From Candidatus Velthaea sp. (GTDB lineage Bacteria; Vulcanimicrobiota; Vulcanimicrobiia; Vulcanimicrobiales; Vulcanimicrobiaceae): 49,636 nucleotides of DNA. The notes below the pieces were generated by a model. The model made no database searches. It had not been told where the DNA came from and saw only the letters and a list, made by a program, of their open reading frames with translations. The position numbers were made by a program, and so were the translations under genes. Of the stretch, positions 39,949 through 49,160 are shown in pieces. Each line of letters begins with the position of its first letter. Within the stretch, counting starts at the first letter, position 1. The stretch spans positions 1 through 49,636 of the forward strand of contig JBEKHC010000031.1 in NCBI GenBank assembly GCA_050012475.1. Direction: 5' to 3'.

Positions 39949-40674
39949 TTAACGGCCGACCACGAGACGGCGCGCGAGCACGTCGGGCAAATGGACCGAG
40001 GCAATCTTTTCTTGCACGAGCGCGATCGCATAGTCGAAGCGCGTCATCGTGATCGTCCCGCTCGCCGGTTCGTAAAACGCGAACGACGGACGAGGGTTGA
40101 GATCGCGCGGTTGTCCGATACTGCCCACGTTGACGATGTAGCGCAAACCGGGTTCGAGCGTGAACGTGCCGCCTTGCTGCCAATGCTTGTGATCGATCGA
40201 GCCGTCCGGCCGCAGCGCATACGACTCGGCGATGTGCGTGTGTCCGTTGAAGATCAGCGGTGCATCCGTGGCCTCGAACGCGCGCGCCGCGGCGGGCTTG
40301 TCCAAAATGTACTCGAAGTAGTTGACCGGTGCGCCGTGGACGAGCAGAAACTCGGGAACGCGAAACTCGTAACCCAAACTGTTGAGCCAGTCGACGTTTT
40401 CGGGGCGAAGCACCGTTTGCGTCCAGCGCATCGCTTCGCGCGCCGTCGGATTGAAATACGACAACCCGAAGTTGTCGATCGCCGCCACGTCGTGATTGCC
40501 CAGCACCGTCGCGGTCGCGCGGGCGCGTATGAGTTCGACGCACTCGTTGGGATTGGGGCCGTACCCGACGATGTCGCCGAGGCAGAGCACGCCGTCCGTC
40601 GCAACGGTCAAGTCGAAGGCAGCTTGCAAGGCCTCGAGATTGCCGTGAATGTCCGAGACGATCGCGTACCTCAC
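39949..40674 (-). CDS. Calcineurin-like metallophosphoesterase
   Basis: DIHGN, GDIVGYG, GNHD, GHTH and NVGSIGQPRD. Confidence 0.93.
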   Translation of the reverse strand: MRYAIVSDIHGNLEALQAAFDLTVATDGVLCLGDIVGYGPNPNECVELIRARATATVLGNHDVAAIDNFGLSYFNPTAREAMRWTQTVLRPENVDWLNSLGYEFRVPEFLLVHGAPVNYFEYILDKPAAARAFEATDAPLIFNGHTHIAESYALRPDGSIDHKHWQQGGTFTLEPGLRYIVNVGSIGQPRDLNPRPSFAFYEPASGTITMTRFDYAIALVQEKIASVHLPDVLARRLVVGR

Positions 40675-41789
40675 ACGGCCGCTTTCTCCCGCGCGCAGGC
40701 GAGTGCCTCGGAGAAAATCTGCGCGAATGCTGTGCGTTCGGGCGGGGTTCCGACCGTGACCCGAATGAAACCGTCGATCGGCGGTGCCGACGGTTTGCGC
40801 ACGAAAACGCCGCACTCGAGCAAGTCGTCCACCATCGCTTCCGCCATGCTGCGCGTGCCGACCTCGAAGCAAACGAAATTGGTCACCGAGGGCAACGTTC
40901 GGCACCCGAGCTGCCGCCCAAGCGCGGCGTACTCGTCGCGGCCGCGCGCAACTTCGGCGATGATTCGGCCGACGTAGGCGGGGTCGCCCAGCGCCGCGAG
41001 CGCGCCGATTTGCGCGGTCCGGTTCACGCCGAAGTGCTGACGAATTTTCTTGAACGTCGCGATCACGGCTTGTGCAGCGATCGCATAGCCGACCCGCGCT
41101 CCGGCCAAACCGTAGGCCTTCGAGAACGTGCGCAACCGAATCGTGCGCGGATCGAGTACGGCGGGCGGCAAGAGATCGGCAGCGACGAAATCCGCATACG
41201 CTTCGTCGATCACCAGCAAGACGTCATCGGCCAGCCCGGCGCGCAAGCGCGCCAACTCGCTCGCGCTCACGAACGCACCGCTGGGATTGTCGGGGTTTGC
41301 CACGTACACGACTTTGGGCGCCGCCGCGGCCGCGCTGGCGATCAACGCGTCGACGTCGATCGCCGCGCCGGGCGCCGGCTCGGCGGTTACCAGGCGGGCG
41401 CCGTGTCCGGCGACGTGATAGCCCCAGGTAGGATACGTTCCCCGCGTCGCCACTGCGATGTCGCCGGGCGCGCAAAAGGTGCGCACGAGCAGCGACATCA
41501 GATCGTCGATCCCCGAGCCGACGACGAGGTTGTCTTCCGAACAGCCGTGCCGCACGGCGAGCGCCGCGCGCAGATCGAGCGATTCGGGATCACCGTACCA
41601 CGAAGTGCGTTCGGCGGCCGCCTGCATCGCTGCGATCGCTTGCGGCGATGGGCCCCACGCGCTTTCGTTCGCCCCCAACCGCAGCAGCGATGCTCGGCCG
41701 ACCCGCCGCGCGAGTTCTTCGGGCGCCACGAACGGGGTCACGGCGGGGACGGCGGTAATTTGGGCCGTCGGTTGCGGAAGTTTGCGCAT
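40671..41789 (-). CDS. PLP-dependent class I/II aminotransferase (HisC-like)
   Basis: ANPDNP, DEAY and RTFSKAYGLAGARVGY. Confidence 0.9.
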   Translation of the reverse strand: MRKLPQPTAQITAVPAVTPFVAPEELARRVGRASLLRLGANESAWGPSPQAIAAMQAAAERTSWYGDPESLDLRAALAVRHGCSEDNLVVGSGIDDLMSLLVRTFCAPGDIAVATRGTYPTWGYHVAGHGARLVTAEPAPGAAIDVDALIASAAAAAPKVVYVANPDNPSGAFVSASELARLRAGLADDVLLVIDEAYADFVAADLLPPAVLDPRTIRLRTFSKAYGLAGARVGYAIAAQAVIATFKKIRQHFGVNRTAQIGALAALGDPAYVGRIIAEVARGRDEYAALGRQLGCRTLPSVTNFVCFEVGTRSMAEAMVDDLLECGVFVRKPSAPPIDGFIRVTVGTPPERTAFAQIFSEALACAREKAAV

Positions 41790-41794
41790 CAACG

Positions 41795-42346
41795 CTACTT
41801 CACCGCGATCCGGTCGACGACGTCGTGCACCCCGGGCGTCTGGCGGGCAGCTTCGAGCAGCGTCGATTTGACGGCCGCGGTCGAGGCGTGGCCGCTCAGC
41901 GTCACCGTGCCGGCGTTCACGTCGACCTTGACCCCCGCGACGTTGACGCCGCCCTGCGCCGTCAGTTCGGCTTCGACCGCGGCGTCGAGCGCGGCGTCGC
42001 CGACGGTCTGGGCGGCCGACGGCCCCACCTGCCCGACGCGCACCTCATCGTTGACCGCTTTGACGGCGTGCATCCGGCGCACCAGATTGACCTCGCGATC
42101 TCGCGTCGCGGCGTCCTTCACCGTCCCGCTCAACGTCACCACACCGTCGTGCACGACCACGCTGATCCGCGTGGTCGAGTCGATGTCCGTTCCAGCGAGC
42201 CGCGCTTTGACCGCGGCGTACAGCAATCCGTCCTTGAACAGACCGGCCGGCGGCAGGGTCGGTCCGTTGTCGGGCTGCCGCGAATCGCTGCTGCCACCGC
42301 AAGCCGTAAGCACGAGGATGGCCGCCAAGGCTGCCGGACGCTTCAC
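41795..42346 (-). CDS. Dual-BON domain lipoprotein
   Basis: Lipobox LTAC; two BON repeats (DGVVTLSGTV, AGTVTLSGH). Confidence 0.9.
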   Translation of the reverse strand: MKRPAALAAILVLTACGGSSDSRQPDNGPTLPPAGLFKDGLLYAAVKARLAGTDIDSTTRISVVVHDGVVTLSGTVKDAATRDREVNLVRRMHAVKAVNDEVRVGQVGPSAAQTVGDAALDAAVEAELTAQGGVNVAGVKVDVNAGTVTLSGHASTAAVKSTLLEAARQTPGVHDVVDRIAVK

Positions 42347-43599
42347 CGTGCTCCCCCGCTGAACCGGACGAGGTCGAGCGCCTCGCCCACCGCGATCTCC
42401 CAGCGCTCCTCGGTCAACACCACGTAGCCCGAAGCCCGGGCGAGCAGACTGGTGTGCGCCGAACGCAGCGCCAGCGGAAACGCGCGCTCGCCCGCGGCGT
42501 CGCGGCGCAGCTCGGCCGGCGCGTAGGTCGTCCAACCAGCCCGGCCGGAAAACGGAGCACCGGCCACGGTCGCCACGACGGCGGCGCGGGCGGCGCGTTC
42601 GCCGGTCATCGCCCGCACCAGCGGCGCGCACACCGCCTCGAGGATCGTCAACGCCGATACCGGATTGCCCGGCAGCCCGATGACCGGCTTGATGCCGACG
42701 GCGGCGAGCACCGTCGGCTTGCCGGGTTTGACCCGCATGCCGTGGACGATGACTCCCGGGCCCGGGAAGGTCGCGATCGCGTCGGGCGTGAGGTCGCGTT
42801 CGCCCACCGACGACCCGCCGGACAAGATCACCGCATCGGCCCGGGCCAATCCCGCGGCGAGCGCGACCCGCAGCGCATCGACGTCGTCGCGCGCCTTGGG
42901 CAGGTGCAGTACGTCGGCGCCGAGCGCGGCCAGCGTCCCGGCGATCGCCCAGCGGTTGGAGTCGCGCACTTGCCCGATCCCGGGAACGAGCGCAGCATCG
43001 ACCAGCTCGTCACCGGTCGAGATGATGGCGAAGCGCGGCCGCCGGAAGACCGGAACGAGAATCTCGCCCAGCGTCGCGAGGACGCCCAGCTCCGGGCCGC
43101 CGATCCGGCTGCCCGCGCCGATCGCGACTTGGCCGGCGGTCATGTCCGAACCGGCCGGGGTGAAGTACTGTCCGGCCTCCGGGGCCGCCCGCACCTGCAT
43201 CACCTCGCCCGCGGCATCGGCGTCTTCGATCGGAACGACGGCGTCGGCACCCCCGGGCAGCGTTCCCCCCGTCGGAATCCGGATCGCTTCGCCTTCGCCG
43301 ACGGCGCTCGGGGGCGCCAGGCCCATGCGAACCTCGCCGACGATCCGCCGCGGCTGCGCGCCGTCGGCCGAGCGAACCGCGAAACCGTCCATGGTGGAGC
43401 GGGATTGCGCCGGGAACTCTTCGTGCGCGACCGCGTCGGCGGCCAGGATGCGGCCGAAAGCGGCGGCGAGCGGGACGCTTTCAATACCCACGGGTCCGAG
43501 CCCGACGGCGGCTTGATAGGCGCCCAGGGCTTGGAGCGGCGCCGGCAGTTGCGAGGGCTCGAATGTCGCTCCCGGTAGGAGCGCCTGCGTACTGCGCAT
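42343..43599 (-). CDS. moeA: Molybdopterin molybdotransferase
   Basis: STMDGFAV, STGDEL, SGGSSVGERD, KPGKP and LPGNPVS. Confidence 0.95.
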   Translation of the reverse strand: MRSTQALLPGATFEPSQLPAPLQALGAYQAAVGLGPVGIESVPLAAAFGRILAADAVAHEEFPAQSRSTMDGFAVRSADGAQPRRIVGEVRMGLAPPSAVGEGEAIRIPTGGTLPGGADAVVPIEDADAAGEVMQVRAAPEAGQYFTPAGSDMTAGQVAIGAGSRIGGPELGVLATLGEILVPVFRRPRFAIISTGDELVDAALVPGIGQVRDSNRWAIAGTLAALGADVLHLPKARDDVDALRVALAAGLARADAVILSGGSSVGERDLTPDAIATFPGPGVIVHGMRVKPGKPTVLAAVGIKPVIGLPGNPVSALTILEAVCAPLVRAMTGERAARAAVVATVAGAPFSGRAGWTTYAPAELRRDAAGERAFPLALRSAHTSLLARASGYVVLTEERWEIAVGEALDLVRFSGGAR

Positions 43600-43619
43600 A
43601 ACGCGGCGCTTCGCTACCG

Positions 43620-44915
43620 ATGCTTGACATTGCTTTGATCCGTCGCGATCCCGAACGCGTCCGCGACTCCGCGCGCCGGCGCGGACATGACCCGGCGTTC
43701 GTCGATCGCGTGCTGGAATTGGACGCCGCCTACCGGCGCGCCCTGACCGCCGTCGAGGCGCTCAAAGCGGACAAGAACGCGCTGACCGCCAGCGTCTCAC
43801 GGGCGGCCGACCGCGCCGCCGCCGCGCGCGAGCTGCGGCCGCAAATCGCCGCGCTCGATGCACAGATCGGCGAAGCCGCCAGCGAGCCGCCCGTTATCGA
43901 GGCCCAGATCGCGGTGATCTTGAGCGAAGTGCCCAACATCCTCGACGCCGACGTCCCGCCCGGCGCCGGCAGCGAAGACAACGTGGTGGTGCGCACCTGG
44001 GGGGAACCGCGCGCATTTGATTTCACTCCCAAGCCGCATTGGGAATTGGGCGAAGCGCTCGGCATCATCGATTTCGAGCGAGCAGTGAAGTTGTCGGGAA
44101 CCCGGTTTTCCATTCTCAAGGGCGCGGGCGCGCGGCTGCAGCGCGCGCTGGCACACTTTTTTCTCGATCGCGCCGCGCGCAACGGCTATACCGAGCTGGC
44201 GGTTCCGTATTTGGTTTCGCGCGCGACGATGTGGTCGACCGGGCAGCTCTCGAAATTCGCCGACGCAATGTTCGCCGATCCGAGCGTCGAGCTGTTCCTG
44301 ATTCCGACCGCCGAAGTTCCGCTCACCGCCTATCACAAAGATGAGATCTTGGGCGCCGACGTGCTGCCGCTCCAGTACTGCTCGCACTCTGCGTGCTTTC
44401 GCAAAGAAGCGGGCGCGGCGGGGAAAGACACGCGCGGACTCATTCGCCAGCATCAATTCGAGAAAGTCGAACTCGTGTGGCTGACGACCGCCGAGCGTTC
44501 CTTCGCAGACCTCGACCGGCTGACCGGCCACGCCGAAGGGCTATTGCAAGAATTGGGCTTGCCGCATCGCACGATGCTGCTGTGCAGCGGCGACGTCGGC
44601 TTCAACGCGGCGAAAACGTTCGATCTCGAAGTTTGGCTGCCCAGCGACGGCGGCGGCTATCGCGAAATCAGCTCGTGTTCGAATTGTACCGACTTCCAAG
44701 CGCGCCGTTCGAGCATTCGCTTTCGCCGCGAAGCCAAGGCCAAGCCTGAACTCGTCCACACGCTCAACGGTTCGGGGCTCGCGGTCGGACGCACGCTGCT
44801 CGCGGTGCTCGAAAATTACCAGCGCGCCGACGGCGGCGTCGATCTCCCCGCAGCGCTCGTGCCGTTTGCCGGATTCGAACGGATCGCCGCCGACGGCAGC
44901 GCCGTCACGTCATGA
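43620..44915 (+). CDS. serS: Serine--tRNA ligase
   Basis: LIPTAEVP, CFRKEAG, RQHQFEKVE, EISSCSN and HTLNGSGLA. Confidence 0.98.
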   Translation: MLDIALIRRDPERVRDSARRRGHDPAFVDRVLELDAAYRRALTAVEALKADKNALTASVSRAADRAAAARELRPQIAALDAQIGEAASEPPVIEAQIAVILSEVPNILDADVPPGAGSEDNVVVRTWGEPRAFDFTPKPHWELGEALGIIDFERAVKLSGTRFSILKGAGARLQRALAHFFLDRAARNGYTELAVPYLVSRATMWSTGQLSKFADAMFADPSVELFLIPTAEVPLTAYHKDEILGADVLPLQYCSHSACFRKEAGAAGKDTRGLIRQHQFEKVELVWLTTAERSFADLDRLTGHAEGLLQELGLPHRTMLLCSGDVGFNAAKTFDLEVWLPSDGGGYREISSCSNCTDFQARRSSIRFRREAKAKPELVHTLNGSGLAVGRTLLAVLENYQRADGGVDLPAALVPFAGFERIAADGSAVTS

Positions 44916-45126
44916 GCGCGCGATTGCCGACGAGCAACGGATAACCTTCGCCGGTTAATTTCAACGTGCCGCGGCTGGCACCGAGCATTTCGGCGTCCGT
45001 CAGGCGCAACGCGACGATCGGAAACATCAGCTCGCCGTCGGGCGTGCGCATGTAGGCCGTCACGGTAAAGTCGAGCTGGTCATCCGGCAGCGCGTTCAGC
45101 CGCTCGCGCAGTTCGCGGTATTTCAC
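44905..45126 (-). CDS. Small hypothetical protein (73 aa), probably leaderless
   Basis: MKYRELRERLNALPDDQLD...; TTGCAA-N18-TACGAT ends 6 nt before the GTG. Confidence 0.65.
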   Translation of the reverse strand: MKYRELRERLNALPDDQLDFTVTAYMRTPDGELMFPIVALRLTDAEMLGASRGTLKLTGEGYPLLVGNRALMT

Positions 45127-45132
45127 CGGGCA

Positions 45133-45162
45133 ATCGTAACGCGGATCCGCCCTTGGTTGCAA
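45133..45162 (-). promoter_or_regulatory. Putative sigma70 promoter giving a leaderless mRNA
   Basis: TTGCAA (45157-45162)-N18-TACGAT (45133-45138), 6 nt from GTG 45126; no SD. Confidence 0.55.
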
Positions 45163-45225
45163 TCGCGCGCGGCCGCTCACGCGAGGTTGAGCGGCTGCCG
45201 GCCGAAATCGCGATGACCGCTGGGT

Positions 45226-46383
45226 TCAACGCACGACGTGCCAATCGACGATTACGTATTGACGGGCGCTTGCGGTCACGGTCAGCGTGCCGTCACCATA
45301 GCCATTGACGGCGAAGGTTGCGATCGGCGTGCCGCCGCTCGCGACGCTTCCGGTGATGAACGTGTTCGATGACGCGAGGGTGCCCGGGGTGGTCGTCACG
45401 CTGAGCGTGTCGCCGTTGGCGAGCGTTGCATTGTTGATCGCCAGGCTTTCCACCATCCCGTGCAGATAGGTGACGGTGAGCGGAATCGTATAGTTGCCCA
45501 GCGTGGTTCCACCGGCCAGCGTGAACATCCGATTGGTGATCGGGCAGGCCGTATTTTGGGTGAAGGTGCCGACGGAGAGCGCACCGATCGTGCCGATGGC
45601 GGAGAAGCCCGTGTGGGTGCCGGTCCAGGTTACGGAATCATCGGCGTTCACGGTGCGCGAACCGCCGGAAAGTACGCCGCCCTGCCAGCCGAAGGTTGCG
45701 TCGAGTTTCGCGAAGCCCGTGGCATTGAAACCTGCGGAATCGGAACAAAAATCGCTCACCGCACCGGCCGTGGGAGCGACGACGAATTCAGCGCCGGACT
45801 CGATCGTTTTGCTGTTCGCAATCGACAGCGTGTCGACGCTCGACTCGCTGAACCCGGTGCTGAAAAGCGGAAATCCGTTGGCAGAAAAAACCGCGTTCTC
45901 GAACGTGCGTGTCGCCGTGTGAACGGCGATCGGGGTCGGGTTGAGCGGCGCGTAGAGTTGAACGGTGGCAGCGACGGTCTCGGCGCTGGTGCTCAGCGGC
46001 GTGAAGATGCGAACGGCATCGCGAGCCAGCAGCGTGCACGCGCTGTCGTAGAAATCTTTGGTTTCCGTCGAGTTCGTGGCGCCGCTGGTTGCGGGGACGA
46101 AAAACTCGACGCCGTCGGCGCACGCGCCCGACGTCGAGGCGGCACGGCGCCCAATGCTGCTCGATGCGATGCTTGCGCTGCCGACGGATTCGTCAAAGCG
46201 CGAAAAATCGGCGAGCGGCGCGCCGACGTCGTTCGTGGCGGCGATCGCGTGCTCCGATTGCCCTTGCGCACTCGTACCGCTTCCCGTCGCGACCGGCGCC
46301 GGCGCGGCCCCGCCGCCGCCACCGCCGCCGCAGGCAGCCAGAGCAAGTGACGCCAGTGCGGCGACAAGGGTGAATCCACGCAT
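45226..46383 (-). CDS. Hypothetical Thr/Ser/Gly-rich lipoprotein
   Basis: Lipobox LAAC, poly-Gly linker, beta-rich body with four further Cys. Confidence 0.82.
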   Translation of the reverse strand: MRGFTLVAALASLALAACGGGGGGGAAPAPVATGSGTSAQGQSEHAIAATNDVGAPLADFSRFDESVGSASIASSSIGRRAASTSGACADGVEFFVPATSGATNSTETKDFYDSACTLLARDAVRIFTPLSTSAETVAATVQLYAPLNPTPIAVHTATRTFENAVFSANGFPLFSTGFSESSVDTLSIANSKTIESGAEFVVAPTAGAVSDFCSDSAGFNATGFAKLDATFGWQGGVLSGGSRTVNADDSVTWTGTHTGFSAIGTIGALSVGTFTQNTACPITNRMFTLAGGTTLGNYTIPLTVTYLHGMVESLAINNATLANGDTLSVTTTPGTLASSNTFITGSVASGGTPIATFAVNGYGDGTLTVTASARQYVIVDWHVVR

Positions 46384-46448
46384 CGAGTAAGCCTCCGATC
46401 GTTTGACGATTCGTTGGCCTCAAGCGTAATGCTTGGACTAGCCTGAGT

Positions 46449-46489
46449 TCATTAACCGAGCCTAAGGCGCAGGTTAGGTTTTGATGAAG
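46449..46489 (-). promoter_or_regulatory. Possible degenerate Pho-box-like 11-bp periodic repeats upstream of the lipoprotein gene
   Basis: Minus strand CTTCATCA-aaa-CCTAACCT-gcg-CCTTAGGC-tcg-GTTAATGA. Confidence 0.4.
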
Positions 46490-46530
46490 AAAGCGCTAAG
46501 ACGCCGGAAAGCGAAGCTCGCTTGCGCCCG

Positions 46531-47454
46531 ATGTCCGATTCGATCATCGACGAGGCGGTGCGCGTCCTGCGCGCCGGCGGCGTCGTCGCCTTACCGACCG
46601 AAACGGTGTATGGACTCGCCGCGGACAGCGCCAACGTCGAAGCGGTGCGCCGGATTTTTGCCGTCAAAGGCCGCCCGGCCGGTCATCCGTTGATCGTCCA
46701 CCTGCCAAACGCCGCGGCGCTGCCGCTTTACGCCGCGGACAACCCGTGCGCGCTGCAGCGTTTGGCGGAGCGCTTTTGGCCCGGCCCGTTGACGGCGGTC
46801 GTCCGCAAGACCGAACGAATCCCGGATGTGGTGACCGGCGGTCAGCCGACGGTCGCGCTGCGGGTCGTCGACCATCCGCTGACCCAAGCGATTCTCGAAC
46901 GCTTCGGGGGCGCCGTGGCCGCGCCGTCGGCCAATCGCTTCGGCCGCGTCAGCCCCACGACCGCCCAGCACGTTCGCGATGATTTGGGCAGCGACGTCGA
47001 TCTGATCGTCGACGGCGGTCCGGCCCGCATCGGCGTCGAGTCGACCATCGTCGATCTGACCGGCGACGTTCCGGCGATTCTACGTGCCGGCGCGATCGGT
47101 CCGACGGTGTTGAGCGCGGCGTTGGGAACACCGGTCATCACGCGCGTCGGCGGAAGCGTGCGCGCCCCCGGAACGCTCGCTGCGCACTACGCGCCGCGCA
47201 CCTCGCTCGTGCTCGTGACGCAAGCCAACGCGGCACACGAGTCCGCCCGGCGCGCGCAACGCGGCGAACGCGTCGGCGTTTTGACCTTGCCGTCCGATGC
47301 AGCCGCGGCCGCACGCGACCTGTACGCGACGCTGCGCGCGCTCGATGCCGCGGATTACGACGTCGTGCTGGCGGTGTTGCCGGCCGACATCGAAGCCAAC
47401 GCCGCGGTGCGCGACCGCCTGGTGCGCGCCGCCGCGCACCGCGCCGCTACTTGA
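46531..47454 (+). CDS. tsaC: L-threonylcarbamoyladenylate synthase (Sua5-type)
   Basis: PTETVYGL, KGRP..HPLIVH, APSAN, ESTIVD and the Sua5 PGTLAAHYAP linker. Confidence 0.95.
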   Translation: MSDSIIDEAVRVLRAGGVVALPTETVYGLAADSANVEAVRRIFAVKGRPAGHPLIVHLPNAAALPLYAADNPCALQRLAERFWPGPLTAVVRKTERIPDVVTGGQPTVALRVVDHPLTQAILERFGGAVAAPSANRFGRVSPTTAQHVRDDLGSDVDLIVDGGPARIGVESTIVDLTGDVPAILRAGAIGPTVLSAALGTPVITRVGGSVRAPGTLAAHYAPRTSLVLVTQANAAHESARRAQRGERVGVLTLPSDAAAAARDLYATLRALDAADYDVVLAVLPADIEANAAVRDRLVRAAAHRAAT

Positions 47455-49009
47455 TGCCGATCTTGGCGAGCAGCAGCAGGCCGGCCGCGAAAAGCATCGA
47501 CCCCATAAAGACGCAGACCGGCAGCGTGAGCACCCAAGCCAAGAGGATGTCGCGCAGTGTCTTGCCCTGCAGCCCCGAATGATTGGCGGCCATCGTGCCG
47601 GCGACGCCCGACGAGAGGATATGCGTCGTGCTGACCGGCAGCCCGAGCAGATCCGCACCTTGAATCGTGGCATACGCAACGAGTTCGGCGGACGCGCCCT
47701 GGCCGTAGGTGAGATGCGCTTTGCCGATCTTCGAACCGACCGTCACGACGATCCGTTTCCAGCCGATCATCGTGCCTAGGCCGAGCGCGAACGCGATCGC
47801 GATCTTCACCCACAACGGGATGAATTTCGTGAGCTTGTCGAGCGTTTTGCGGTAGGTTTTGATCGCGTCCAGATCGGCGCCGCTGAAGACTTTGTTTTTC
47901 GTCATCTTGTCGAGCGCGCTCGAGACCAGATACGTATCGGTCCGCAGCGGCTTGCGTTCGGCTTTGGGCAACTCGCCCAGCGAATTCTTCCCGTCGAGAA
48001 ACCGGAGAATCTCCTGGTTCTTGGCAGCCAATGCCGCGAACGTTTGGCTCGTGAGTTTGCCATCCGATTTGAGGTAGTCGGAGATGGCCGCTTCGTCTTT
48101 GTCGTCGGCCGGCGACGAGGCCGCGGCAGCCATAGCGGCGTTCGGCGGGATGGCGGCCACCATGCCGGCGACTAGTGAGGTCGAAGCGACTTGTACGCCG
48201 CCGGTCGAGGCTTGCTCGCGTTTGTCGATGATCGCCGCAACTGCCTTATTCGAGCTGAGAATGGCCTGGACGGGTTTTCCGGTCAGGCCGAGATCGACGG
48301 CGTAGACCCCGGGCAGCACCCCGACGAGAATGAGCATGATCAGGCCCATGCCCTTCTGGCCGTCATTGGAGCCATGGGCAAAACTGACGCCCGTGCAGGT
48401 CAGGAACAAGAGCGCGCGGACCGGCCACGGGGGCGGCTGATCGGCCGGCGGCTCCTTGAAGAGGGCGGGATACTTGATGAGGACTTTGGCCAGCAGCAGC
48501 AGCGCGCCGGCGACGAAGAACCCGATGAGCGGCGAGACCAGCAGCGCGACGACCGTGTCTTGGACTTTGCCCCAATTGACCCCGTCGCCGAAAACGTGAC
48601 CGGGCGACATCAATGAGTTCATCAAACCGACGCCCATGATCGCGCCGATCAGGGTGTGCGAACTGGAGGCCGGCAGACCGCGCCACCACGTCCCGACGTT
48701 CCAGATGATCGCCGAGACCAGCATTGCGAACACCATCGCGTAGCCGGGGCCCGAACCAGCGTGGATGACCAATTCCACCGGCAGCAGCGCGACGATCCCG
48801 AACGCGACGGCGCCGCTCGAGACGAGCACGCCAAGCAGATTCATCATGCCCGACCAGACCACGGCTGGCGTCGGGGCCAGCGTCCGGGTGTAGATCACGG
48901 TGGCGACGGCGTTCGCGGTGTCGTGAAAACCGTTCACGAACTCAAACCCAAAGGCCAAGAGCAACGCAAGAGTGAGCCCGATGAAACTCAGGACGGTTAA
49001 GTCTTCCAT
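47447..49009 (-). CDS. Inorganic phosphate transporter (PiT family)
   Basis: NGFHDTANAVAT, PASSSH, HGSNDGQKGMG and PVSTTH. Confidence 0.95.
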   Translation of the reverse strand: MEDLTVLSFIGLTLALLLAFGFEFVNGFHDTANAVATVIYTRTLAPTPAVVWSGMMNLLGVLVSSGAVAFGIVALLPVELVIHAGSGPGYAMVFAMLVSAIIWNVGTWWRGLPASSSHTLIGAIMGVGLMNSLMSPGHVFGDGVNWGKVQDTVVALLVSPLIGFFVAGALLLLAKVLIKYPALFKEPPADQPPPWPVRALLFLTCTGVSFAHGSNDGQKGMGLIMLILVGVLPGVYAVDLGLTGKPVQAILSSNKAVAAIIDKREQASTGGVQVASTSLVAGMVAAIPPNAAMAAAASSPADDKDEAAISDYLKSDGKLTSQTFAALAAKNQEILRFLDGKNSLGELPKAERKPLRTDTYLVSSALDKMTKNKVFSGADLDAIKTYRKTLDKLTKFIPLWVKIAIAFALGLGTMIGWKRIVVTVGSKIGKAHLTYGQGASAELVAYATIQGADLLGLPVSTTHILSSGVAGTMAANHSGLQGKTLRDILLAWVLTLPVCVFMGSMLFAAGLLLLAKIGIK

Positions 49010-49032
49010 ACGACCAAGACTTTGACCGAGCG

Positions 49033-49051
49033 AGATTAAGCCTAGGTTAAG
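49033..49051 (-). promoter_or_regulatory. Pho-box-like direct repeat (cyanobacterial SphR type) upstream of the Pit gene
   Basis: Minus strand CTTAACCT-agg-CTTAATCT, 23 bp before the ATG. Confidence 0.65.
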
Positions 49052-49082
49052 CGCCCGCCGCTGCCGCGCCGGGGCGGCGCCG

Positions 49083-49109
49083 TAAAGATTCCGCGAGTGC
49101 GGACGATGA
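49083..49109 (+). promoter_or_regulatory. Putative sigma28 (FliA/SigD) promoter for motA
   Basis: TAAA-N15-GACGATGA against the consensus TAAA-N15-GCCGATAA. Confidence 0.7.
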
Positions 49110-49160
49110 TCTTTAGGAGACGGAGCGCTGCTCGCGCTCGAATCGTAGGAGTTGGGTTCG

